A stretch of DNA of 32,000 bases from Sinorhizobium meliloti (lineage in GTDB: Bacteria > Pseudomonadota > Alphaproteobacteria > Rhizobiales > Rhizobiaceae). The stretch lies in the NCBI RefSeq assembly GCF_017876815.1, contig NZ_JAGIOS010000001.1:810001-842000 (forward strand), written 5' to 3'. Position 1 is the stretch's first letter, and each line of letters starts with the position of its first letter. Made by a program: the position numbers and the translations under genes. Below are positions 25,691 through 32,000 of this stretch, in pieces. The notes beneath the pieces were generated by a model that had not been told where the DNA came from, ran no database searches, and saw only the letters and a list, made by a program, of their open reading frames with translations.

Positions 25691-25880
25691 TCAGCCTGCT
25701 TCGTCTGGAGCCGTCCGTCGCCTCACAAGGCGGGGGTGACGGCGCTCCAGCGAACAGGCTGCCAGCCATGCTTTGGTGGTGTGTTCCCGAGCCTCTCTTC
25801 GCGCGAAGGATCGTCACCCGCATGGGCCGAGACGCACGGCGGCTCGGGGCTTTAGCCTAGAGCCTGACCCACCGTCCCCT
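25691..25880 (+). repeat. Copy C of the repeat (full length: left part as in A, right part as in B)
   Basis: See copies A and B. The element is contiguous here and lies between the convergent ORFs 25225..25617 (+) and 25923..26186 (-). Confidence 0.75.
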
Positions 25881-25922
25881 TGGGTGGGACGCGCCCAAAC
25901 TGCACGGATATGCAATCCACCT

Positions 25923-26186
25923 CTATCGACGGCGTCCGCCCTTCCGCTCAAGGGTGGTCGTAGCCGGCGTCTCAAACGCCGCCATAAACTCGTCTTCCAC
26001 CGCTGCGAGCTGGTTCAATATCCAAGGCGCAGATCGGCCAGCATTGCGCCAGAAGAGTGCGCTGCGCCAGATGCCGTTGAGCTTGGTTCGATAGTCGCTC
26101 TCAGACAAAGCCCCGGCTTCCCAAATCCGCTTCAGCAGACCCTGGAGCTCAAGAAGCTTTTCATCGACCTGATCGTCACCCGGCAA
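25923..26186 (-). CDS. Hypothetical small protein, 87 aa
   Basis: The TTG start is preceded by AGAGAGGG. Composition is protein-like (LLELQGLLKRIWEAGALSESDYRTKLNGIWRSALFWRNAG...). It lies 97 nt downstream of the relaxase on the same strand. Confidence 0.4.
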   Translation of the reverse strand: MPGDDQVDEKLLELQGLLKRIWEAGALSESDYRTKLNGIWRSALFWRNAGRSAPWILNQLAAVEDEFMAAFETPATTTLERKGGRRR

Positions 26187-26282
26187 ACGCCCTCTCTTTC
26201 AGACGGTCAGTCTAAGGTTCTGCTGCCTGCATGAGAACAACGAAATCAATTGGCATAACATCCGGGCAGCCACGGACGCGCC

Positions 26283-28004
26283 CTACCTCTCCCTCTCAAA
26301 GTCATCATCCCGCTTCCGTCCCCGCTCGCTCTTCCGTTCCGCCCGCGAGATGCGCAGCCGCTCTCCGCCCTCATCCCCACCGCCGTCATCCCCGTCACCA
26401 TCGCCCGCCGCGCGCGCAAAATCACCTGCCAGATCGACCTCCTTGCTCCACGGCTGCTCGCGCATGATCGCCTCCTCCAGCGCCTCGCGTAGGTCGATCT
26501 TGCCCCTCGGCACCGCGCGCCTTTCCTGCTGCTGCTGGTCCTGCTGCTGCTGATCATGCTGATCCTCCCGCTCCTCCGCGCCGCTCCGATCACGATGCCG
26601 CATCGATGCGCACCGCACCGCTGGCCCGCGCCCTTTGGGCTTGAGATCAAGATTTAGCGCGGGCATGTGGTTATGCCCGTACCGCCCGATGATGCGCTGC
26701 TCGCGCACGCGCTTCACCTCCAGCGCCTGCCGCTCCCGCGCCTCGACTTTGCCGAGCGCCTTCAACTGCCGCCCGGTCTCCAGCGCCTGCACCTCCTGCC
26801 GCCGCTGCAAGGACAGCGCCGCCTGCTTCTGCGCCAGCCCAAGCGCCTGCTTCTCCGCGGCAAAGGCGCGGAACGCCTTCGCATCACGATGACGATGCAG
26901 CTTGCCGATGACGAGCGATACGCCCGTTACCCGCCCGAGGAATGCCGCAAGGCCCGTCGGCCGCGCCTCCGCCCGTGCCGCTCGAACGCTACGGACCTGC
27001 GCGAGATAAGCGCCCTTCTGCATCCGCCGTGCCGCTAGCTGCTCCCGCTCCAGCAGCGCCCGTTCCTGCCGGTGCCGCTCACGCTGCTCATCCTGCGCCG
27101 CCACAAACTGCGCCCGCCGCACCTGCTGCGCTGCTTCCAGCTTCGCAAGACGCTCTGCCTGCCCCTGCGCCTTCGCGAACTGCTCGCGCGCCTTCCGCAG
27201 GTCCGCGACCAGCGCCCGCGCTTCCTCGACCGTGGGCAGCGACTCCGCCGGGAAGTCTTTTTCAAGGAAGGCCCTTATATCCTTCGTGCGCACGCTCCGG
27301 TCGTCGATCATCTTCGGCAGCGCATTCATCGTGCCGTACATATCGACCAGGACGTAAGGCCGCTTGCCGGTCGCCAGCACATAGCCCATGGCCTCCAGCG
27401 CCCGGACAAACGAGCGCGCATTATCGCTCTGCCGGAAGGCCTGCGTGACCATGACCATGCGCTCTTCCTTGGAGAGCCCGGTCATGCGCTCCTGCTGCGT
27501 CTCGTACAGAGACTGCTTGCGCGCGCGTCCGGAGCCGTCACGCTTATACCCGTCCGGCAGATCGAGGCCATGATCGCGCGCGAACTCGCGGCTGACCATC
27601 ATGAGTTTCTCATGATCGAAGGCGAGATGGATGGCCTTTTCCGCCTGCCAGTCGATACGCGACCAGACGATGTGGCAGTGCTCGCGGCCATCCTTGATAT
27701 GGAACACCATGGCCCGCGGCTGGCCTTCGAGACCGAGCTTTTTCTCGACGCGCTCCGCGTAGTCGAGATACTGCGCCCGGCTCAATTGCTGACCGGGCTC
27801 GGGATTGATGGACAGGCTGTAGAGATATTCGCGGCACTTGGTGAGACCGGTCGCGATGGCCTCCCACTCGGCGAAGGCGCCGTGGAGGTCGGACGCCACC
27901 GCGCCGCTGACCTCGGCCAGCTCGACATATTCATTGTCGAGCGCGTTCAGCAGATGAGTGGCGAGGTCCTGCCCGCCGGCACGCTGGCTGGCCTTGGGGA
28001 TCAT
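26283..28004 (-). CDS. Relaxase / mobilisation nuclease (MobA/VirD2 family, MOBQ-like), 573 aa
   Basis: The N-terminus is MIPKASQRAGGQDLATHLLN...NEYVELAEV. The Tyr region is CREYLYSLSINP and the His-rich metal motif is VFHIKDGREHCHIVWSRI. A long Ala/Arg/Gln coiled-coil and an acidic tail follow. The start is 7 nt after the MobC stop. Confidence 0.9.
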   Translation of the reverse strand: MIPKASQRAGGQDLATHLLNALDNEYVELAEVSGAVASDLHGAFAEWEAIATGLTKCREYLYSLSINPEPGQQLSRAQYLDYAERVEKKLGLEGQPRAMVFHIKDGREHCHIVWSRIDWQAEKAIHLAFDHEKLMMVSREFARDHGLDLPDGYKRDGSGRARKQSLYETQQERMTGLSKEERMVMVTQAFRQSDNARSFVRALEAMGYVLATGKRPYVLVDMYGTMNALPKMIDDRSVRTKDIRAFLEKDFPAESLPTVEEARALVADLRKAREQFAKAQGQAERLAKLEAAQQVRRAQFVAAQDEQRERHRQERALLEREQLAARRMQKGAYLAQVRSVRAARAEARPTGLAAFLGRVTGVSLVIGKLHRHRDAKAFRAFAAEKQALGLAQKQAALSLQRRQEVQALETGRQLKALGKVEARERQALEVKRVREQRIIGRYGHNHMPALNLDLKPKGRGPAVRCASMRHRDRSGAEEREDQHDQQQQDQQQQERRAVPRGKIDLREALEEAIMREQPWSKEVDLAGDFARAAGDGDGDDGGGDEGGERLRISRAERKSERGRKRDDDFERER

Positions 28005-28011
28005 GGGACGA

Positions 28012-28344
28012 TCATCGCTCCCGCCCCAGGGCCTGCATCAGCAGTGTGCGGATATCGGTCAGCGCGGCGACGGCCTCCTCGTGAAGCTGGACCTGACGCG
28101 GCCCTTCCATGGGCTGCGTCCCCAGCTGCTGGCGCAGCTGCGCGGCTTCGGCAAGAAGCCGCGTGAGGTCCTGCGTGGCGACGGACGGACGGCGGGACTG
28201 CCGGGCCGGCGGAGTGGCGAAGATGGCTTGCGTGATGAAGGCATTGACGGAGAGACCCGACTTTTCGACGCGCGCCCGGAATTCCTCACGGAGGATCTCC
28301 GGCGGGCGGTACGAAATCGGGGCGTCTCTCTTCTTCTCCGTCAT
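28012..28344 (-). CDS. mobC: MobC-family relaxosome accessory protein, 110 aa
   Basis: ISYRPPEILREEFRARVEKSGLSVNAFITQAIF is an RHH-like N-terminus. LTRLLAEAAQLRQQLG...LTDIRTLLMQAL is typical of MobC. The gene lies immediately upstream of the relaxase. Confidence 0.8.
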   Translation of the reverse strand: MTEKKRDAPISYRPPEILREEFRARVEKSGLSVNAFITQAIFATPPARQSRRPSVATQDLTRLLAEAAQLRQQLGTQPMEGPRQVQLHEEAVAALTDIRTLLMQALGRER

Positions 28345-28360
28345 GCCAAATCAAATAGCC

Positions 28361-28445
28361 GCATCCGCCGCTCACAAACCGCGCGCTTTCCACGCGCGCG
28401 AAAAGGTTTGTGATCCGGCAGCCGGCCAGCGCATCCGCGCCTCAT
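28361..28445. other. Candidate oriT: nested inverted repeat directly upstream of mobC
   Basis: The outer arms pair TCACAAACC (28372-28380) with GGTTTGTGA (28405-28413). They enclose GCGCGC (28381-28386) / GCGCGC (28394-28399). Direct repeats GCATCCGC flank the structure at about 28361 and 28431. Confidence 0.45.
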
Positions 28446-28453
28446 GCGAGGGT

Positions 28454-28812
28454 CCGGGGAGCGCCATCCCCGGTCTATGGGTTTGCGAAGGGAGAGACGA
28501 CATCTCCCTTGGCTCGAAGCCGGTGCCGAAACACCGGTCGTGGTCCAGGATGCGAAAGTCCTGGCCGTGGTTTGCAAAGGGGCGCGGAAGCCCCTTGTGC
28601 GATGGGTTCCAAGGGAGAGCGGCAGTCTCCCTGGTCGTGATGCAACGCCGAGACGTTGCCATCAGCCGGAAGGGTTCGATACCCGCACCCGGCTGAACGC
28701 ATCCCTTGGCAAGACGCCGCCACGAGCGGAGTCGCGCCTTACGGGATGCCCCAGGGGGGTCTGCGGGGGACAGGATGGTCCCCCCAGCAAGGTGAGCGCG
28801 GTACTACCGCGC
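28454..28812. other. Hairpin-dense non-coding block (candidate ssDNA promoter / single-strand initiation site or structured RNA)
   Basis: At least nine short GC-rich stem-loops of 6-8 bp occur in about 360 nt:
- 28454-28473 CCGGGGA/TCCCCGG
- 28488-28510 AAGGGAGA/TCTCCCTT
- 28520-28537 CCGGTG/CACCGG
- 28545-28564 CCAGGA/TCCTGG
- 28567-28586 AAGGGGC/GCCCCTT
- 28612-28633 AGGGAGA/TCTCCCT
- 28642-28659 GCAACG/CGTTGC
- 28765-28784 GGGGGAC/GTCCCCC
- 28796-12 (28796-28812) GCGCGGT/ACCGCGC

All six frames give only overlapping Arg/Pro/Gly-rich ORFs. Confidence 0.4.
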
Positions 28813-29075
28813 ACACCTTGTACTCTTGTCTATGCCGACGGAACCCCCACACTACCATGATAGCAAATGAGGGGGCCAAAGTGGAAATGTGCATCCATCA
28901 TAAAGACGAACTGACTGGAGTGTACATCGCACTATCCAGATGAAGCAAACGAGGAAAGCGCGCGGAATGAGGAAGACGGGACCGTCTACTTAAAGAGCCT
29001 TCACCGACCGGCACCAAACGCCCTTTTGTAATGTACATCCCAAAAGCAAGGGGCCGGTGGAAAGGATGGTCCGCC

Positions 29076-29774
29076 ATGAATGCCCACACAACGCCCCAAG
29101 TCGATACCGCTCCCCTTCAGCTCAAGCCGACAAAGGAGACCTATGACAGGCTCCAGCAGGCTTACGAGCATTTCAACAAAGGGCTGTTCGAGGGAAAGCT
29201 CCCGAACGCCCTTATCACCCTTCAGCGCCGCAAGAACACATACGGGTACTTTGCCGGTGCACGGTTCCGCAACGATGACGGACGCCCGGCCGACGAGATT
29301 GCCCTGAACCCCGCCACCTTCCGCGAGCGTCCTGTGAAGGACATTCTCGCGACCCTTGTCCATGAGATGGTGCATCTATGGCAGCACCATGAGGGAGAAC
29401 CAGGACGCGGCCGCTATCATAACCGCGAGTGGGCCGACAAAATGAAGGTGCTCGGTCTTCAGCCCACCGACAATGGCGCAGAAGGCGGCAAGGAGACGGG
29501 CGAGACAGTCGGCCACTTGATCGTGCCCGCAGGGCCATTCGATCAGGCCGCCGACAAGCTGATCGCGAAAGAGTTTGCGATCGCATGGAAGGAAGCGCCG
29601 TCCCCGCTAGAACCATCCAAAGGCGAAGGCGAAGCCGAGCCTGAAGCCCTCGTCCAGAAAAGCGGCAAGCGCGTGCGTTACAACTGCCCCGAATGTGACC
29701 TCAAAGCCTGGGCAAAGCATGATGCCCGCCTCATGTGCGCGGACGACAAGGCGCTGATGATCGCGGGCGACTAA
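29076..29774 (+). CDS. SprT-like zinc metalloprotease domain protein with C-terminal zinc ribbon (related to the ArdC C-terminal domain family), 232 aa
   Basis: The ATG at 29076 is preceded by GGAAAGGA. The HExxH motif is LVHEMVHLWQH and the ribbon is YNCPECDLKAWAKHDARLMC. The SprT-like N-terminal pattern is NKGLFEGKLPNALITLQRRKNTYGYF. Confidence 0.85.
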   Translation: MNAHTTPQVDTAPLQLKPTKETYDRLQQAYEHFNKGLFEGKLPNALITLQRRKNTYGYFAGARFRNDDGRPADEIALNPATFRERPVKDILATLVHEMVHLWQHHEGEPGRGRYHNREWADKMKVLGLQPTDNGAEGGKETGETVGHLIVPAGPFDQAADKLIAKEFAIAWKEAPSPLEPSKGEGEAEPEALVQKSGKRVRYNCPECDLKAWAKHDARLMCADDKALMIAGD

Positions 29775-29791
29775 ACCACCCGCCAAAAATT

Positions 29792-29826
29792 AAGGCGCGG
29801 AGCCAAAGGGCACCGCGCCTTTTTCC
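29792..29826 (+). terminator. Rho-independent terminator, probably bidirectional between convergent genes
   Basis: A 9-bp stem pairs AAGGCGCGG (29792-29800) with CCGCGCCTT (29813-29821). TTTTCC follows. An A-run upstream gives a U-tract on the opposite strand. Confidence 0.7.
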
Positions 29827-29841
29827 TGCCCGGTACGCCCA

Positions 29842-30150
29842 TCAGAATAGCGTCATTTGTCGTGCCGCCTCTTCACGCTTTTTCCATTGCGTGGACTGCG
29901 CGGCTTTTTCGAGCCACGCCTCCACGAAGGCCACCGGTCCGCCCGCGTCGTCGATCTCCGACGCGGGCGTGAAGTGAGAACGGTATCCCGTTTCAGTGAA
30001 CGGGAGGGGGCGGCGTTCCGGCCACTTCACGTCAACTTCGAGATGTGCGGTGCTGAACGGCCCGTCCGTACCGAGCCACTGCGCCTCGTAGCGGACCTCG
30101 ATGGTAAGGCCCCGCCACACGATGGTGTGGGTTTCGATGGAGCGCTTCAT
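29842..30150 (-). CDS. Hypothetical protein, 102 aa
   Basis: From ATG 30150 the translation is MKRSIETHTIVWRGLTIEVRYEAQWLG.... The ATG overlaps the stop of the upstream gene (ATGA at 30147-30150). Confidence 0.6.
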   Translation of the reverse strand: MKRSIETHTIVWRGLTIEVRYEAQWLGTDGPFSTAHLEVDVKWPERRPLPFTETGYRSHFTPASEIDDAGGPVAFVEAWLEKAAQSTQWKKREEAARQMTLF

Positions 30151-30410
30151 GAGAGCCCCCGAACGCTGGCTGTGACGCTGATAGCACGCTCCAGCCATGG
30201 CCGTCCGGCAGTGTCGGATTCGCGTGCGCCCTCAACATGCGGGAGCAGACCTTCCAACGCGGAAAGCAGGGCCGGCGCACTATCGTAGAGGTGGCCGTGG
30301 CACCGGACCCGCTCGCGCAGTTCACGATACTCTTCGGCGCCTCCGCGATCTTCGATGAACTGCCAGAGCGCAGCCACGAGGCTGATATCGGGTTCTATGA
30401 CATTGTTCAT
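30147..30410 (-). CDS. Hypothetical protein, 87 aa
   Basis: The ATG at 30410 is preceded by AAAGGAAA, giving MNNVIEPDISLVAALWQFIEDRGGAEEYRELRERV.... The rest of track ORF 30147..30722 upstream overlaps the DUF736 gene out of frame. Confidence 0.55.
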   Translation of the reverse strand: MNNVIEPDISLVAALWQFIEDRGGAEEYRELRERVRCHGHLYDSAPALLSALEGLLPHVEGARESDTAGRPWLERAISVTASVRGLS

Positions 30411-30442
30411 GTTCGTTTCCTTTCCGAAAGTGGGAGGGGCGC

Positions 30443-30676
30443 TTACGCGCCCGCTCCTTCGTTGTCGGCGGCTTTCGGGACCCGGAGGGTGATCCGGCCG
30501 CCATTGACCGGGACCAGATCGAGCTGGAGGGTCAGGCCTTCGCCGTCCTCGTGACGCCAGGCGGCGCCGATGCGGGTCCAGAAGGATTTCTTGCCCTTCT
30601 CGTCCACATGCCAGGCGATGTAGGCCGGGGCCTGATGCTCGCGGGACTTGCGGGTCTGCTTTTCGTTCTGTGTCAT
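30443..30676 (-). CDS. DUF736 family protein, 77 aa
   Basis: The ATG at 30676 is preceded by AAAGGAG. The pattern APAYIAWHVDEKGKKSFWTRIGAAWRHEDGEGLTLQLDLVPVNGGRITLR matches DUF736 proteins of alphaproteobacterial plasmids and ICEs. Confidence 0.8.
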   Translation of the reverse strand: MTQNEKQTRKSREHQAPAYIAWHVDEKGKKSFWTRIGAAWRHEDGEGLTLQLDLVPVNGGRITLRVPKAADNEGAGA

Positions 30677-30989
30677 GATTAAGCTCCTTTCGCTTGTGGT
30701 TTTCCTCGACACGCCTCACCACGGAGCGGGCGGAAAAGCAGACGGTTCATGGCTGTCGCGCAGGAGGGGTATCACCCGCTTGGCAGGGAGCAATGCGACC
30801 GAAAGAAGGGGAAACCCGCGCGGCACCCGAAGGGCCTGGCCTTGAAGCGGCTGCGCGCCCGATCAGGTTAGGGCGTTCCAGTCGAGGGAAATTCCTCAAG
30901 CCGAACGGATGCTCTTATGACGATAGAAAAGCCGGGACACAGCCGCAACCCATGAGCACTCTCCCCGGCCACGCTTGAAAATGTGCAAA

Positions 30990-31030
30990 GAGAAAGGGCG
31001 CGCCCGGATGGATCGGAACGCGCCCCTTAA
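30990..31030 (-). terminator. Rho-independent terminator after ORF 31048..31266
   Basis: On the minus strand, AAGGGGCGCG...CGCGCCCTT (GC stem, about 14-nt loop) is followed by TCTCTTT. It lies about 20 nt after the stop. Confidence 0.5.
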
Positions 31031-31047
31031 AGTCAGGTATGACGGCG

Positions 31048-31266
31048 TTAGGCCGCGATCAGGTTGCCGGTCGCGACCAGAGCCGCCTCGTCGGTCAGGC
31101 CTGTCACGCCGGTCAGCGTGGCGATCTGCGTGAAGCCGTAAGTCGAGCCTGTGCCGTCGCGGTCGACGGAGACGGTCGTGTCAGAGCCAGACAGAGCCAG
31201 CTTGACCCGTTGCAACTGCCGATGCAGACGCAACCCCATACCGCCCCTTTCAAGAACGCCCATCAA
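31048..31266 (-). CDS. Small ORF whose C-terminal roughly 50 aa resemble the tail of RTX / type I secretion substrates; possibly a gene fragment
   Basis: LALSGSDTTVSVDRDGTGSTYGFTQIATLTGVTGLTDEAALVATGNLIAA resembles the extreme C-terminus of Ca-binding T1SS substrates. The N-terminal 20 aa are Arg-rich and unconvincing. It is in a different frame from the upstream DUF1566 gene, which ends 22 nt away. Confidence 0.3.
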   Translation of the reverse strand: MMGVLERGGMGLRLHRQLQRVKLALSGSDTTVSVDRDGTGSTYGFTQIATLTGVTGLTDEAALVATGNLIAA

Positions 31267-31288
31267 ACATTCCAGGGATGGTCCTGGG

Positions 31289-31984
31289 CTAGTCGAAATT
31301 TCCCTTGCGTACGCAGCGGACTCTTAGATTGGTGGTCTTGGCGGAAGTGCTTTGCGTGCCCGTATTGAAACTCTGCTGTTGTGCATTAGCCGAGCTGGAT
31401 TCGGTCGAGGACCAGTATGTTCCCGTGGTGAACCCGCCGATGGCAGCCCGGTTGGTATACAGGCGGTTCAATTCGTCCCGCGACGGCAGATACCAGTCGC
31501 CATGGCCGTTGTTGGTCAGGTTCTCGCATAGCTGCATCGCCGGGTACTGGCTGAGTGTAGCATTATGCGCGATCCACGCCTGATCGGCCGCGCCATTCAT
31601 ATTGGAATCGGCGGCCGTATCTGCGCTGACGCTGCTCCACTGGATGGATGTGCTCTGGTCCGCCGCGGGCACATACAGCTTCGTTCCGGGAAGATTCGGA
31701 TGGTCGCCCGCATAGACCGTGCTGTCCGAGCATACGTTTCCGACACTGGCGCAGCCGGTCGGCGCGGTCTCGCTACTCGTGGCGGCGGGTTTGCGAATGC
31801 AGCGCAACAAAGTGGAGCCTGGACCATAGGACTTGATATTGGCGTCAAGTCCGTCGGGATCCTTGAAATACATCGTTAAAGCCCACGTAGAATCTACCTC
31901 CGCCGAAATCCAGTAATAGGCATACGGGTAGCCGGTGCGGTCTATATCCCCGATGAGCGTATGCGCATCGCGGATAAGCTGCAT
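31289..31984 (-). CDS. DUF1566 (Lcl C-terminal domain) protein; may extend beyond the right edge
   Basis: GHGDWYLPSRDELNRLYTNRAAIGGFTTGTYWSSTESSSANAQQQSFNTGTQSTSAKTTNLRVRCVR is the DUF1566 signature. A degenerate first copy is YAYYWISAEV...LLRCIRK. The frame stays open upstream of the ATG at 31984 to the window end. Confidence 0.7.
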   Translation of the reverse strand: MQLIRDAHTLIGDIDRTGYPYAYYWISAEVDSTWALTMYFKDPDGLDANIKSYGPGSTLLRCIRKPAATSSETAPTGCASVGNVCSDSTVYAGDHPNLPGTKLYVPAADQSTSIQWSSVSADTAADSNMNGAADQAWIAHNATLSQYPAMQLCENLTNNGHGDWYLPSRDELNRLYTNRAAIGGFTTGTYWSSTESSSANAQQQSFNTGTQSTSAKTTNLRVRCVRKGNFD

Positions 31985-32000
31985 TTCATAGACCGAGGGC

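Noticed and set aside
23812-25880. Idea that the three repeat copies are integron attC sites and the intervening genes are integron cassettes
   Set aside because: No intI integrase or attI is present in the window. I could not see the GTTRRRY core sites, and the copies are longer than typical attC. The idea is kept only as something a HattCI/IntegronFinder run could exclude.
27072-28166. 364-aa plus-strand ORF and several Ala/Pro/Arg-rich ORFs (26942..27448 and others)
   Set aside because: Antisense or shifted frames of the relaxase coiled-coil region, which is repetitive and GC-rich.
28664-28694. tRNA-like fragment AGCCGGAAGGGTTCGATACCCGCACCCGGCT (T-loop-like GGTTCGATACC), possibly a tRNA 3'-end att remnant
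   Set aside because: The T-stem pairs only 3-4 bp, there is no full cloverleaf or acceptor/CCA context, and no integrase is nearby. It is mentioned within the structured-region finding rather than called as a tRNA or att site.
28109-28860. Overlapping ORFs of 76-195 aa in all frames across 28.1-28.9 kb
   Set aside because: They are Arg/Pro/Gly-rich, mutually overlapping and lack RBS signals. The region is better explained by the dense hairpin structure.
1-32000. Search for CRISPR arrays, rRNA, intact tRNAs, IS elements or transposases
   Set aside because: I saw no regularly spaced 25-40-nt repeats, no rRNA-like or cloverleaf sequences, and no DDE/serine/tyrosine recombinase translation in any track ORF.

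Overview
This is a high-GC, Rhizobiales-like replicon segment (taxonomic guess from sequence style only). It falls into three zones.

(1) 1-11.1 kb, chromosome-like or accessory genes. Two tandem giant DUF11-repeat secreted proteins lie on the minus strand. The second one (1..4219) is missing from the supplied ORF track because it runs off the left edge without a stop; I checked its frame triplet by triplet. They are followed by an FMN alpha-hydroxy-acid dehydrogenase, a hypothetical gene, a secreted RidA-family protein and a divergent TetR regulator.

(2) About 11.4-25 kb, a by-eye more AT-rich defence island, almost entirely on the minus strand. It holds HTH-hsdM-hsdS-hsdR (type I R-M). Next comes an overlapping RHH / AAA+ ATPase / S8 subtilase operon, which resembles the IetAS ATPase+protease pairing. 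Then there is a RES-domain (NADase-toxin family) protein with a Cys4 N-terminal extension and no Xre antitoxin. A single DUF2971 gene on the plus strand is bracketed by direct repeats.

(3) 25-32 kb, a mobilisation / conjugative-element module. It contains a MobA/VirD2-type relaxase, MobC, an oriT-like inverted repeat and a roughly 360-nt hairpin-dense non-coding block. It also contains a SprT-like metalloprotease, a DUF736 three-gene operon and a DUF1566 protein.

A roughly 190-nt repeat occurs three times between 23.8 and 25.9 kb. I saw no rRNA, tRNA, CRISPR array, transposase or integrase.

The candidates I rate highest are the RHH-AAA-S8(-RES) module and the structured DNA next to oriT.
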